A stretch of DNA of 64,000 nucleotides from the human T2T-CHM13v2.0 reference genome, Homo sapiens, in the NCBI RefSeq assembly GCF_009914755.1, contig NC_060948.1; one strand, 5' to 3'. The notes beneath the pieces are model-generated. The model did not search any database and was not told where the DNA came from. It saw only the letters and a list, made by a program, of their open reading frames with translations. This document shows, in pieces, positions 17,033 to 38,420 of the stretch; the first letter of the stretch is position 1, and every line of letters starts with the position of its first letter. The position numbers and the translations under genes are program-made.

Positions 17033-18529
17033 ACTGAGGACAAGAAGCCAGAAAAATTAAAGTAGATGTTCACTCCTGTACTCACCTTTCAGGGAATACA
17101 CCTTTAAATCCTGGGTGGGCCCATGAAATGAAGCAACCTTACACTTTATACTTGAAGTATATACTTTATACTTAAAGGGTTAAGTATAAAATGAACTGTA
17201 GAAAGGAGAAAAGGTGAGTTAAAAGGCAATATAATTAATGTATCTCTTAGAAAAATAAAATGCTTGCTAATTTAGTTGGGACTACATGTGCTTTCTTTAC
17301 AGAGCAGAGGTTTTTGTGTTTTTTGTTTGTTTGTTTTCTTTTTTATCAGATCTCACACCATTCCCTGAACACATAAGCAGACTATTAATCTGTTGCTCTG
17401 TGTTGCTTATCTGGGAGGGAGCATTTCTGTGACTGTTCCCAGACATCTTCTTGCAGCTGCAGACATTCCTTCCCCTTTCTGCTTCTAGCTTCTACATTGT
17501 AGTGTGCCTAAAGGGAAAGGGATGTACATATTAAAGGCCACTGTTTTTACTGGAGCCGATTATATGGTGTGAAGTTCGGTGATTACCCAGCAGACACTCC
17601 CTCCTTCTGTGCTCAAGCTGTTTATCCATGATTTACAGCCTGAATTTCCATGCTGCCCTTTCTTAGGAAAGAAGTGATTTCTTTCAATGGTGTAAGTTAG
17701 AAAAGGAGCTATTTCTGAAGTTTTTTTGTTAGAAAAGTTTTCTTCTGGCTACTCTCTTTACCCTGTGTACCAAAATAATTTCTTTCTACTTCCTATAACA
17801 TTGCCACAGCCAAAACTTCAGTTCATTCAGAAAACTAGCTATTTATAAAGATAGTCTGATTGTCATAAAATCTATTTATAATAAAATATTCTGGTTAGTC
17901 AGAAAATTGCTCACAATAATATTAAACAAACACAAATTATTATTAAATAAACAACAAATAATAATAATATTCACCTCAATGGAAATTTATCATGAAGTTG
18001 GAAAAGACAGACATCAATTCTTCTAATAGCCAATCGTGAGAAATTACTTGCATAATTATTCTTCAGATAAACAACCTCTGGCTTCCATGACAAAATTCCT
18101 TCACATAAATATTTCTCACACAGGGTTTAGGTTCCATTATTCTTCTATTTAGGGGGCTATCTGTGTTAGCTTACAGCATTTAGCAACAAAGAAAATGAGT
18201 TGTCACATTGTCAGAGCAGCATTATTTTGAAGTGTGGCATATACCCAATAAAAGCCCTAAAAGACTATCAGGGAGCTGGAGAAGAGCAGTTCTGTGATCT
18301 ACCTCATCTGATTCATTGATATGTCATTAAGAAATTGTCTTCCTTACTTTGATGATCTATTCTATTACTATTAACGGGATGTCTCTCAGGGACAGGAGAG
18401 AGAAAAACTTTATTTTACAATTGAGAAACGGCTCCTGTGGGTTTACAAATATTCCTCATACGGTGTTTTCTTAATGTCATAGATTCTTAAGAACTATTAT
18501 TTGAAGAAGAGCAGAAATACTGATTAGTC

Positions 18530-19199
18530 ATAAGTTTGCTTTTCACTTATGTGTTTCATTTTCTGATTTTTGTCTGAGTGTGTTAATTTGAAGAACTAGT
18601 GTTTGTGCAATGAAATCTTTTCCTCAGATTGGTCTATTTTGCTGTTATAATTTCTGATTGTATTTAAAAAATGCTTGTAGTAATTATTTTTATCTCAAGA
18701 AGCTCAGCTTGGATCTTTCTTAAAATAGGATTTTAATCTCCCTGTGAGAATGAATTGTTCCACTATATGAATTAACTGTCTTGAATTATTTCAACTTTCT
18801 GCTCAATCTCAACTAATTTATTGCTATTCTGATTGTGAATTCTATCTCTGTAATTTCAGAAAGTACAGACTGATTGAGAGTCATTACTAGACAGCTGGTG
18901 TGCTCCTTTTGAAGTAAAGGGACCCTCCTAACTTACTGAAAATCCTGAGTACTTGTGCTGGCTCTTCTTAGCAAATGCAAATCAAAACCACAAACAGATA
19001 ACACTTCGTATCAATAAGAATAGACATTATTTAAAAATATGAAAATTATGGAAGCTAGCAAGACTTCAGAAAAAAAGAAATACTTAGACCCAGTTGATGC
19101 AATGTAAATTCCTACAGTCAAAGTGGAAAGTAGTCTGGAAATATCTCAAAGAAGTCAAAACAGAGGGATCATTAAACCTACCAATCCCATTCCTTAGTA

Positions 19200-19246
<47 letters not shown>

Positions 19247-19445
19247 GGTGATACAAGAAAAAAATTTGTTTTCCTTCTTGGCTTTTAAATAACAAACACT
19301 TGAAATCAAATTAGTTGTTTTTAAAAGCTAGATTAATGAAGAAAATATGGATGAACATATGGTAAATATGGTCTATGTAGACCATAAAATACTATACAAC
19401 CATTTACAGTAAAATTGGGTCCTTTGGAGCAACATGGATGGAGAT
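18530..19445. mobile_element. Old L1 fragments: ORF1-like on minus (18530-18968) joined to ORF2 3' on plus (18970-19445)
   Basis: aaatgcaaatcaaaaccaca...atcccatt and accataaaatactatacaaccat...gcaacatggatggag are L1 3' motifs. Confidence 0.65.
19201..19245 (+). repeat. (ATA)n microsatellite
   Basis: Seen directly. Confidence 0.95.
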
Positions 19446-20150
19446 GTTGCAAGATCACTTGGGCCACTGCGATGACTGCCTCTATCTGATATGAGAGTCA
19501 CTAGATGCCAAGAGTGGGACTAAGCACTACCCCAAATTATTCCAAGTTTTCCCCTATGAATGCAACAGACTAGATAACATTTCCAAGTACCAAAATGAAT
19601 TATGGGAGAAGTGGAATATTAATGAAAGATTGAAGAATCCAGAACATAAATTCTTAGCCATTAATGTACATTATAGCCCAATCATGGATATAATGTACAT
19701 TAATGTACAAAATATAATGTACAAAATATAATCAGAGCCCAGATAGCCTCTGGGGCTGTCTATAGTTGAGTCAACAATAACTTTGTTAACAAGAAGAAAG
19801 CCCTATGTAGTGCCTGCCCAAGGGGACTGAGTAGTCTATGAGCAATCTTTTTGGAAGTTAACAGTTGGCCCTGGAAAAAGGCACAAGATTTAGATCCTGC
19901 CAACTTTTATAGGAGTAACTGAATTGATGTAACAATGTTTTCCATTTAATTAACAGAGACAGGATAACTTAACTATTTTCCCAGAAGAAGACGTTAAGGG
20001 TATCGTTTGTTCAACTGTAGGCATTTATTTCACATAAACGTCTCCTCCATAAGAATGTGGAAGTCTTATCACATTTAATCCCATTGCATTTAGCAGATTC
20101 TGATTTCAACTTCTAAATTTAATCTAAGGAAACACTTTCAAATGGGCCTT

Positions 20151-23773
<3,623 letters not shown>

Positions 23774-24367
23774 TAGCATGTCCAACTTTTGACTCTTCTG
23801 AGCTGGGCACCTGAGTATGTGATTGTTGGCCTTTTCTTTTCTGAAGCTTCCAAGAACATAGTTACATAAACCTGTAGTAAGGGCCTCACAAAGAGGAGTC
23901 AAAAGACTGTGTTTTAATTGTTAAAGGGTTAAGTATAAAATGAACTGTAGGAAGGAGAAAAGGTGAGTTAAAAGGCAATATAATTAATGTATCTCTTAGA
24001 AAAATAAAAGCACTTGGTAACAATACTCCACTTCTGTTTTATTCCATTTCCATGGGAATTCTGTGTTGTACTTATTCTAGATAGTTTCTGCTCAAAGAGG
24101 GCAGAAATATTAGGTCTCAAAGTGGAAATGATCTATTTGAAGTTAGAAATATTCATGAGTATCAAAAATTTAGAACTATCTATTAGATCATGAGGATGCC
24201 AGGTCTGGAAGGTCTCTCAAGAAGCCAGTATTGTAACCCCATACAGAGGGTGTAACAACAGTATAATCTGCAGTGCACAAGTATGCCTCTTCTTACAACC
24301 AGGTCTAAAGGTAAAAGTAGCCCCCACAAACAAAATTTTTCTGACCTGATAAAGAATTCTAACTATT

Positions 24368-30410
<6,043 letters not shown>

Positions 30411-30908
30411 AATTCTAACTATTTATTTAATATCAGCATGCAGTCAGATACAGCTTTAAACTATTGGTCCTCATCCCCAGGGCTATCTGATACACTTTCT
30501 AAATGTTCTTGAATGTACACACAGAAGTTAGTCTTAATTATTTTGCAAGGTTCCCATAATCAATCATAAGTAAATATGATGAGAAGTTAGGCAGAAAAAT
30601 AAATAATATGTTGTCAATCCTGTCTAGTTTCTGAGAATAAATCAGGTTACATAACTGCCTCATTCAAAAGGTAGCATTGCAAATGAGCTAGTAATCTGCA
30701 TGTGAAGAAGGCCCTCAAATTTTAATAAGAGCCATTTCTATGGAAATAAAAGAAATACATAGTTTAACATTTGACCAATTTATTAAGTTGTCAAACTAAA
30801 AGCATTATTATTTACAGAGAAGGAATATAGTGGTGGTATAATACTTTTTTTGCCTCTTTTAAGAGGAATAGTGTAGGAGTGTTTTCACGGAGACCAAATC
30901 AGAAACAC

Positions 30909-30970
30909 AGACACACATAAACACGCACACACACGTGCGCGCACACACACACATCTATATATATATATAT
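30909..30970. repeat. Imperfect (CA)n/(CG)n/(TA)n compound microsatellite
   Basis: Seen directly. Confidence 0.85.
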
Positions 30971-33900
30971 GCACTAACTTGGTAAGTTTAGCCCAAGAAG
31001 CACATAGCATTCAGCCTAAATGGTGGAAAGTAATAAAAACTCAGAAACAGTGGGCAGTACAAGAATCTAACAGCTTGTGTACTGGAGTTTTTAAATTATC
31101 ATACTCTCTCAAGTTATGCTTCTTTTATTATTATTATTAGCTTTATATATTATTTTTTATTTTAATTATCCTCTTTCAAGTTCCTGTATTTATAAAGACA
31201 AATAATAGCAAGGGCAAGTTGTTCAAAAATTTAGTTCTTTTTTTATTCTCTTTGCCTGAGTATTTGCATTGAATGATACAATGAAAGTTATTTGTTATAA
31301 AGGCTCCTCTTAAATTGGCTTTGCTGGAACTTTGTTTAATTAGGATTATAGATTAGACTTTCCAAAGCCTTGACCTAAGCCAATGTTTTGTGTGTGCCTG
31401 CATATATTTGTGTTAATTGGATAAACTTCTCTACTGAGGGTCCCAGGATAATTTGGAGATCCTGGGCCTGTCAGAAAAGTACATGATTTAATCATCAGAG
31501 TTCAGGGAGCCTGTAGAGGAATCCCATAAACAAAAAATAGAGATAGATTTTCCAATGGTCTTTTAAAAAGCTGTATAAGTCAACTTTGATTTTTAAAGCA
31601 GTCTCTTTATATCTGAAAGTATGCCATTGCAGAAAAAAACTTTGGTAAGATAACAACTGCTTATAACGGCATTTTATAAGTCTAATGGAATGTATGCAAA
31701 TAATTACACTGCTACATATTAAGTATAGTTAAATATAGTCCTCATTTTCTGGGGGTATCTGGTAGAGACAGAAAAAGACACTCCAACTTTTCTCGAAGTA
31801 ATCAATCTTATTCAACTTTTATAAATTGCAAATAGCTTAAAAGAAAAAATATCATTGAAAACAAACCAAGAATAATAAACTAATTCAACAAAAAGTTATG
31901 AGAGTTTAGTATAATATTCTGTTAGTTTTGTCAATAAAATTTACTCTCTTTCTGATTAACATTGAATCAATAATCCTCAGGTATATTTTAGTTCTCCATG
32001 ACAGAACAGTCCTGAAAGCTTTTGGCTCCATTCCAATGGCACAATTCTAACGTTATCAGGGACCCATTCTTAACTTATCAGGAACACATTCTTTAGTATA
32101 CTCCTTAGAGTTTTGTAGCTGTTTACATACTGCCCTATAAAAAATCAAAGAAAAGGAGTGATTGTTGATGATAAAATTGTTAAAATCTCTATGATTATAA
32201 ACAAAATCAACTATAAGTCTCGGTTACATATATGGCATACAAATATTTTGAATAATATTTGTAATTACAACTGATAACATATACTAAGAACAATTATAGG
32301 ACACATAGTAATGGGAAATCTGTATGAATATAGCTCAGAGAAGCTTAAGCAGCATTATATTGCTATAGTTCACAATACTTTCTATATACAATTAATATAC
32401 CAGATAAGCAAAATATGCCTTTTTTGGACTTCAGGCTACCTCATATTCAGAAAACGAATAAATAGATCAATAAGAGGCTTGATTTAGAATATGACTTTTA
32501 AAGCTTTTTAAATATATACATTTTAAACATTTGATGTTACAAAACCCAGAAAAAGATATCTTAAATACCTAAGAAAAGTTTTTACTTTGTTATATGGTAG
32601 ACATATTTTTTTTGAAGGGAAAAACTGGTCAAATAAAATAATGTGAGAGAGAGAATCTGTATTTCTTCCCATTTTCTTTATCATTTATCCAAAGGAAAAC
32701 AAAATTATTATCTTTTACTATATCATAAATATCCAGTTTAAAAAAGTAAGCAAAATTTTACATTTGCCTTAGTTTACTACGTTAAACTTGATTGATAGTA
32801 TAACCTTATAAACAAATGTATTCAGCATTCTTTAGTTTGCTTATAAAGTAAGATTCTATAAACCTACGATAATTTTTTATAACTTCTGTGGAACAGTTGA
32901 CAATCTCTGTAAAAACAACTTTAAAGAAATTTAAAAAAAAGTGTTTTAAAAGTTTCCTTATAAAAACCAAAGGCAAAAATTTTGGTTGCATATTACTGTA
33001 ATTGTATTGTAAGGTTTTATATAAAGAAAAATCATTAAAGCCCCTTAACTTCAGGAAAACTGCTCCCAGCCACAGAATTTTTTTATTAATAAAAATTTGT
33101 TACAAAATTTTTTGTAACTGTAAAGCCAGATTTTACAAGCAGATTATGAGAAAGAAAGAAAAGAAAGGAAAACACCTAAAGTGACCAAAAGTTAAGTATA
33201 AACTATGGGGTCACTTTCTGTAGTATTTTTGTTTACTTACCTCAAGAATCAATATATAAAAATTAGGTCAGCTGTTAATATTTAGTTCAATTTTTGAAAG
33301 GAAAAAATTGGGGACTCTCAGTGTTCCAGGTAGATGACTTTCCCAGATAGGAGGGTGAAACAAGAGGTGCAGCGTGTAGAAGAAATCAGTGTTCATACAG
33401 AAATTTATGCATTCACAAATTCAAATAAACAGTGTGCTTCAAAATGAGTCCCAAATCAATAGTTTGGATAGGTCCTTGAAACCTCTTCCCAAGCTCTGAA
33501 TTGCTCCATGGACAGCTGAGTCTCAGTCAAGCAAAGAGCTTCAGTGGTGCTGCACTTGACAATAAATACAAAGGCATAAAACATTCAAATAGCTTTTTGA
33601 GGAACCTATAGTCAAAAATTGCAGGACCATAGTGACACTCTAAGAGAGGCAGAAGGTGGCCAAATATTTATTGAGATCATATAGCTTACTTCCAAATGTA
33701 GCCATCTTTTTAGAGGTCACTTTCTTCTTTAGAAGTGTGTTGAAGGAAGTAAGGTAAAGAGGAGGTTTGCCAAACCAGAAACCATTTCTGTCAGTTGTTG
33801 AGAATTTTCTGAAAATTCTCATCAAAGAGTCAGCCAGGCATAAGCAGCTGTCACTCCTAGGTGCCCTCATTTTTGTTCAATAAAGTAATATGTCAGGTGC

Positions 33901-34544
33901 AGAGTAATCCACAGTGTGCAGCTCTTCTGCATATGGGCTACAGCTATTGTGATTAGAATGCAGATTCAGTCACTTTCTGCTTGCAGAGTCAAATTGACAA
34001 GAGTGATATACAGAAACTCTAGTAAACAGCAAGTTCTGCTTTAATTTCAAAACTAGCCTAGAGGAATAAGTGCAGGCTTTCTGTCTTTTTAGGGTATGAT
34101 TTTACATTTGGAACAGAAAGGGAGTACTTTTAAAAGGGGCCTAACCTAATGGTCATTCAGATGAGGGAAGGGGGAAGGGAGCAGGTGGGGTTTATACCGG
34201 CTAGCCTACTGCCTTATCTACAGAGCAATTTACCAGGAGATTGTTGGCATTTTCCTAAGTCGGGATACTTCTGGTGATAAACTGACTGATATTTTTTAAC
34301 GTATTCTGCTCATGGGAGTGTGTTTCATAGAAATTTAGTGTTTTATCTTCAGACAGTCTCCTGGTAGGTAAGAGTTCTTTTTAGGAACTGTAAGAGAGTA
34401 ACTAGCCCTGTAGAAATCATCTACTGAAAGGTAGATAAAAGGCTACATCTGCCTTTCTAAATGGCCAACTAGGAAGTGGAGAACTAAAGAAATAAGAAAA
34501 TAAGAGAAAGAAAAAAATACACCATCTCAGCAAAATGTGAGTAG

Positions 34545-36070
34545 ACTTCAAATTATACTACAAGGCTTTAGTTATCAAAACAGCATGATGCTGATATAAA
34601 AAAAATGGCACACAGAACAATGAAACTGAATACAGAACACAAAAACAAGGACAAATACTCACTGCCAATTCCTTATTGACAAAGCAAACAAAAATATAAA
34701 TTGGGGAAAGGACACCCTATTCAACAAATGATGCTGGGAATACTGGCAAGCCACATATAGAAGAATAAAACTGGATCCCATCTCTCACCCCATGCAAAAA
34801 TCAACTCAAGATGGATCAAAGACTCAAATCTAAGACCAAAAACTATAAACATTCTTGAAGATAACATCAGAAAAATCTTGTAGACATTGGCTTAGGCAAA
34901 TAACTCATGATTAAGACCCAAAACCAAATGCAACCAAAACAAAACTAAATAAATGGGACCTAATTAAACTATTCCTCCACATCCTCTCCAGTATTTTTTT
35001 TCCTGACTTTAATGATCACCATTCTAACTGGCATAAGATGATATCTCATTGTGGTTTTGATTTGCAGTCCTCTAATGACAAGTAATGATGAGCTACAGCT
35101 TTGTCAGTCACACTAGTTTTATTATTTTCTCCCGAAAATATCAGAGACTTTGAAGGAGAACATTATAAGCCTAACACAATCCAAGAAATTCTGTGGTTTT
35201 GCTTCTTGAAATGCACAAAACAACACCACAGAGATAGAAGGAATGCTAAGTATCAGCCATTCATGACACAACCAGAGAAATTTCATCAGACTTCAAAGAA
35301 AAGATAAAAAATCAGAGACCTAGAAATTGCCTGAAATGTAATTAACAATATGTCAAAAAGAACAAAGAAAACCTACAGCTGTGTAATATATTCATGGAAT
35401 TTAAAATATCAATACAAAATTGCAACAGCATAACTAATCTGGTAGAAGAATTAAATGGCCATCTCAAATACAGTTTATATGAATTTAACCAATTAGAAGA
35501 ACAACAATAAACATGGAAAAATGAAATAACCATGTCTATTAATGGATGCCTTAATTTGTAAAAATACACCAATTATAAAAGTACACAAAAGATAAGAAAG
35601 AGACAAAGAAGCAGAAAAGTTATCAGAATTTTTATTGTTCACATTCCAAAGTTTAGAAAAAATATGAACTCACAGATTTAGAAACTCAATGATCATATCA
35701 AGATTAATTTTAAAAGTTAATAGTCCTAGATGCATTTTAATCAAGTTATAAAAAGTAAAATTTAAAAAGTAATGTTAAATCTGTCAGTGGGAAAACTCAT
35801 CCCACATAAGTGAGCTCTATCTGGGTAATTCCCAGTATTTCTAACAGGATTCTACAAAGACAGGAGATAATGTGATGCCATATTAAAAGTGCTAAGATAA
35901 AATTTAAAATACTGCTACCTAAGAGTAGTCTAGACTGCAAAGCTCTTCCTCGGATATGAAAAAAGGCACAAATAGATTTTTAAGTGAACGTCTTAAGCCT
36001 TTCTTAAAAGTCAATCTGTTAGATAATTAACTTCCAGATTCATTTTTTTTCTCTTGAAAATTATTTGTGT
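34545..36070. mobile_element. L1 mosaic: ORF2 piece on plus (34545-34970), inverted L1PA piece (34971-35095), old L1M ORF1-like piece on plus (35100-36000)
   Basis: gacttcaaattatactacaaggct...gggacctaattaaacta, then ccacatcctctccag...gatgagct in antisense. Confidence 0.75.
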
Positions 36071-36071
36071 C

Positions 36072-36905
36072 TCACTCTTCAAAAGAAGACATTTATGCAG
36101 CCAAAAAACATAGGACAAAAGCTCATCATTACTGGTCATTAGAGAAAGGCAAATCAAAACCACAATGAGATACCACCTCATGCCAGTTAAATGGCTATCA
36201 TTAAAGTCAGGAAAAAACAGATGCTGGAGAGGATGTGGAGAAACAAGAACGCTTTTACACGTTGGCGGGAATGTAAATTAATTCAACCATTATGGAAGAC
36301 AGTGTGGTGATTTCTCCAGGATTTAGAATCAGAAAAACCATTTGACAGAGCAATCCCATTAATGGGTATATACCCAAAGGAATATAAATCATTCTACTAT
36401 AAAGACACATGAACATGTATGTTTATTGAGGCATTGTTCACAATAGCAAAGACTTGGAACCAACCCAAATGCCCATCAAAGATAGACTGGATAAAGGAAA
36501 TGTGGCACATATACACCATGGAATACTATGCAGCCATAAAAAAGGATGAGTTCATGTTCTTTTCAGAGACATGGATGAAGCTGGAAACCATCATTCTCAG
36601 CTAACTAACACAGGAACAGAAAACCAAACACTGCACATTCTCACTCAGAAGTGGGAATTGAACGATGAGAACACATGGACACAGGGAGGGGAACATTATA
36701 CATGGGGGCCTGTTGCGGGGGTAGGGGACTAGGGGTAAGATAGCATTAGGAGAAATACCATCATCTACCTAATGTAGATGATGCGTTGATGGGTGTAGCA
36801 AACCACCATAGCACGTTTATCTATGTAGCAAACCTGCTCATTCTGCACATGTATCCCAGAACTTAAAGTATATATATATAAATTCTCCAAAAAATAAAAA
36901 ATAAA
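36072..36905 (+). mobile_element. 5'-truncated L1PA7/8 3' end
   Basis: ORF2 C-terminus ([20 protein letters not shown]...) and 3' UTR aatgtagatga..gttgatggg..gcaaaccaccat..ttctgcacatgtatcccagaact. Confidence 0.9.
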
Positions 36906-37099
36906 AATTTTAAGAAAGCACAACACACCAGACAATCCCTTCTACGGCTGCTAGGATGATTATAATATAACAATGCTTATATGCTAAAGATTGTATGAAC
37001 CAAGCCAAGCAAATTAGAGAGATCAAAAATTAAGCCAGGTGAATAGCTTACCTATGGTAATCAAATAGCCTATTTAATCTTCTGTAACTGTGTTTCTAT

Positions 37100-38420
37100 A
37101 AGACTCAATCTATCCAGGTGCAAAAGTAGTGTCAACACTGATAAGCATCTACTTTCATATAGGTACATCTGCTGTCTTTTGATTACCATTTACTTTGAAT
37201 ATTTTTAATCCTTTCACCCTCATATTTTGGTGTACTGAAATCTAAAGATAGCTATTATCTTGGCATCAAATTATTGGGTTTTTTTCCTTTTTTATTTTAC
37301 TTATTTTTATTTTTTACCACTTCTATTACATTAGGTCTTTTGGTTCAAAAAATAAAATCCAGGTACACTTAATTATTTATTGTTAACAACTTGCTACAGC
37401 AATTTTATTTTTAAATTTTGCCTGACTTTTGCAGTTCTTGTTTTGCTTTATTCCAATTTTACTTCCTTGATTTTGTTTTTGCTGTTGTCTAATTCCAGTT
37501 GTATACCGTATCTATTTTTTTTGTTGCTTTTGTATATGTAATGCAGAATTTTTTGTGATAACAAGGAATATTACCTAAAATGTCTTGTAATATTCTAATT
37601 TAAGAAGATATTATTTTATTTGAAGATTAACATGGTTTTTACATCCCCTCACACATTTTATAGTATTAATGTTCTACTATATATCAATTTATATTCAGAA
37701 TCCATTGAGCAATTCTTTACAGGTGTATCTTATTGAAACTTTTTAAATTCTCATCCCAGAGTTACTAGTATTTAAATTAGATAATAATTATTTACTGTAG
37801 GTTTTCCTATATTATATTTTTTCCAAAAAATATTATAATTTCATGTTTTTTTATCATTGATTTGTTTCAAACAGTAAAACTGGTTAGGAAATTATTGTAA
37901 AGATATTCACAAGGAGATGAACATGCACAACTTTTTTTCTCTTTAAATGTGCTTTTTAAATATCAAACAAAGAGCTTTTCAGGTTAGAGTATTCTGAGCT
38001 AGCAATTCCTTATTTCTTTAGCACCTTCAATATGTCATTTCATTTTCTCCTTACTTGGTGATTTCTTTTATAAAGTGAGGTGATAACCTAATAGAAGATA
38101 AGTGATATGTAGCAAGTTTCTCCTATAGCTGTTTTACATTTATTTTTATCTTTTACTGTTTACAATTTCATTATAATGCTCCTTGGAGTATAAGATTTTT
38201 TATCTTGTTTTTTTTGAGTTTCATGAATTTCTGAGTTAATATTTCTCTTAGCATTTTAGATGGTTTGAACAGTATATTTCAATGCATTTTCTGCTTTTTT
38301 GTCTTTCTCTTCTGTCTTGGGTATTTCATAATTTGTCTTTTCATACAATTGACAGTAACCTCCCCACAACACTCTTACTTTAATTATTTTCCAAATGCTT
38401 TTGTTATTGTTGTTGGTGTT
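37100..38420 (-). mobile_element. Very old L1M (ORF1 / inter-ORF) fragment
   Basis: T-rich antisense L1 text, e.g. gttagagtattctgagctagcaattccttatttctttagcaccttcaatatgtcatttca. Confidence 0.6.

Larger units (their letters stand above)
12589..17800 (-). mobile_element. Deleted ERV1 provirus, HUERS-P/LTR9-MER61-like group
   Basis: Two homologous LTR remnants (12589-13148 and 17266-17800) share tgtgttgcttatctggga and tgtgaagtt(t/c)ggtgattaccca. Degenerate PBS-Pro-like catgggcccacccaggat on the minus strand at ~17108-17125. gag remnant QTLTAAEKQA..PDIRKKLQKQAIGPD (13824-14051). Possible TSD ttgtc/ttgcc. pol and env are deleted. Confidence 0.8.
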
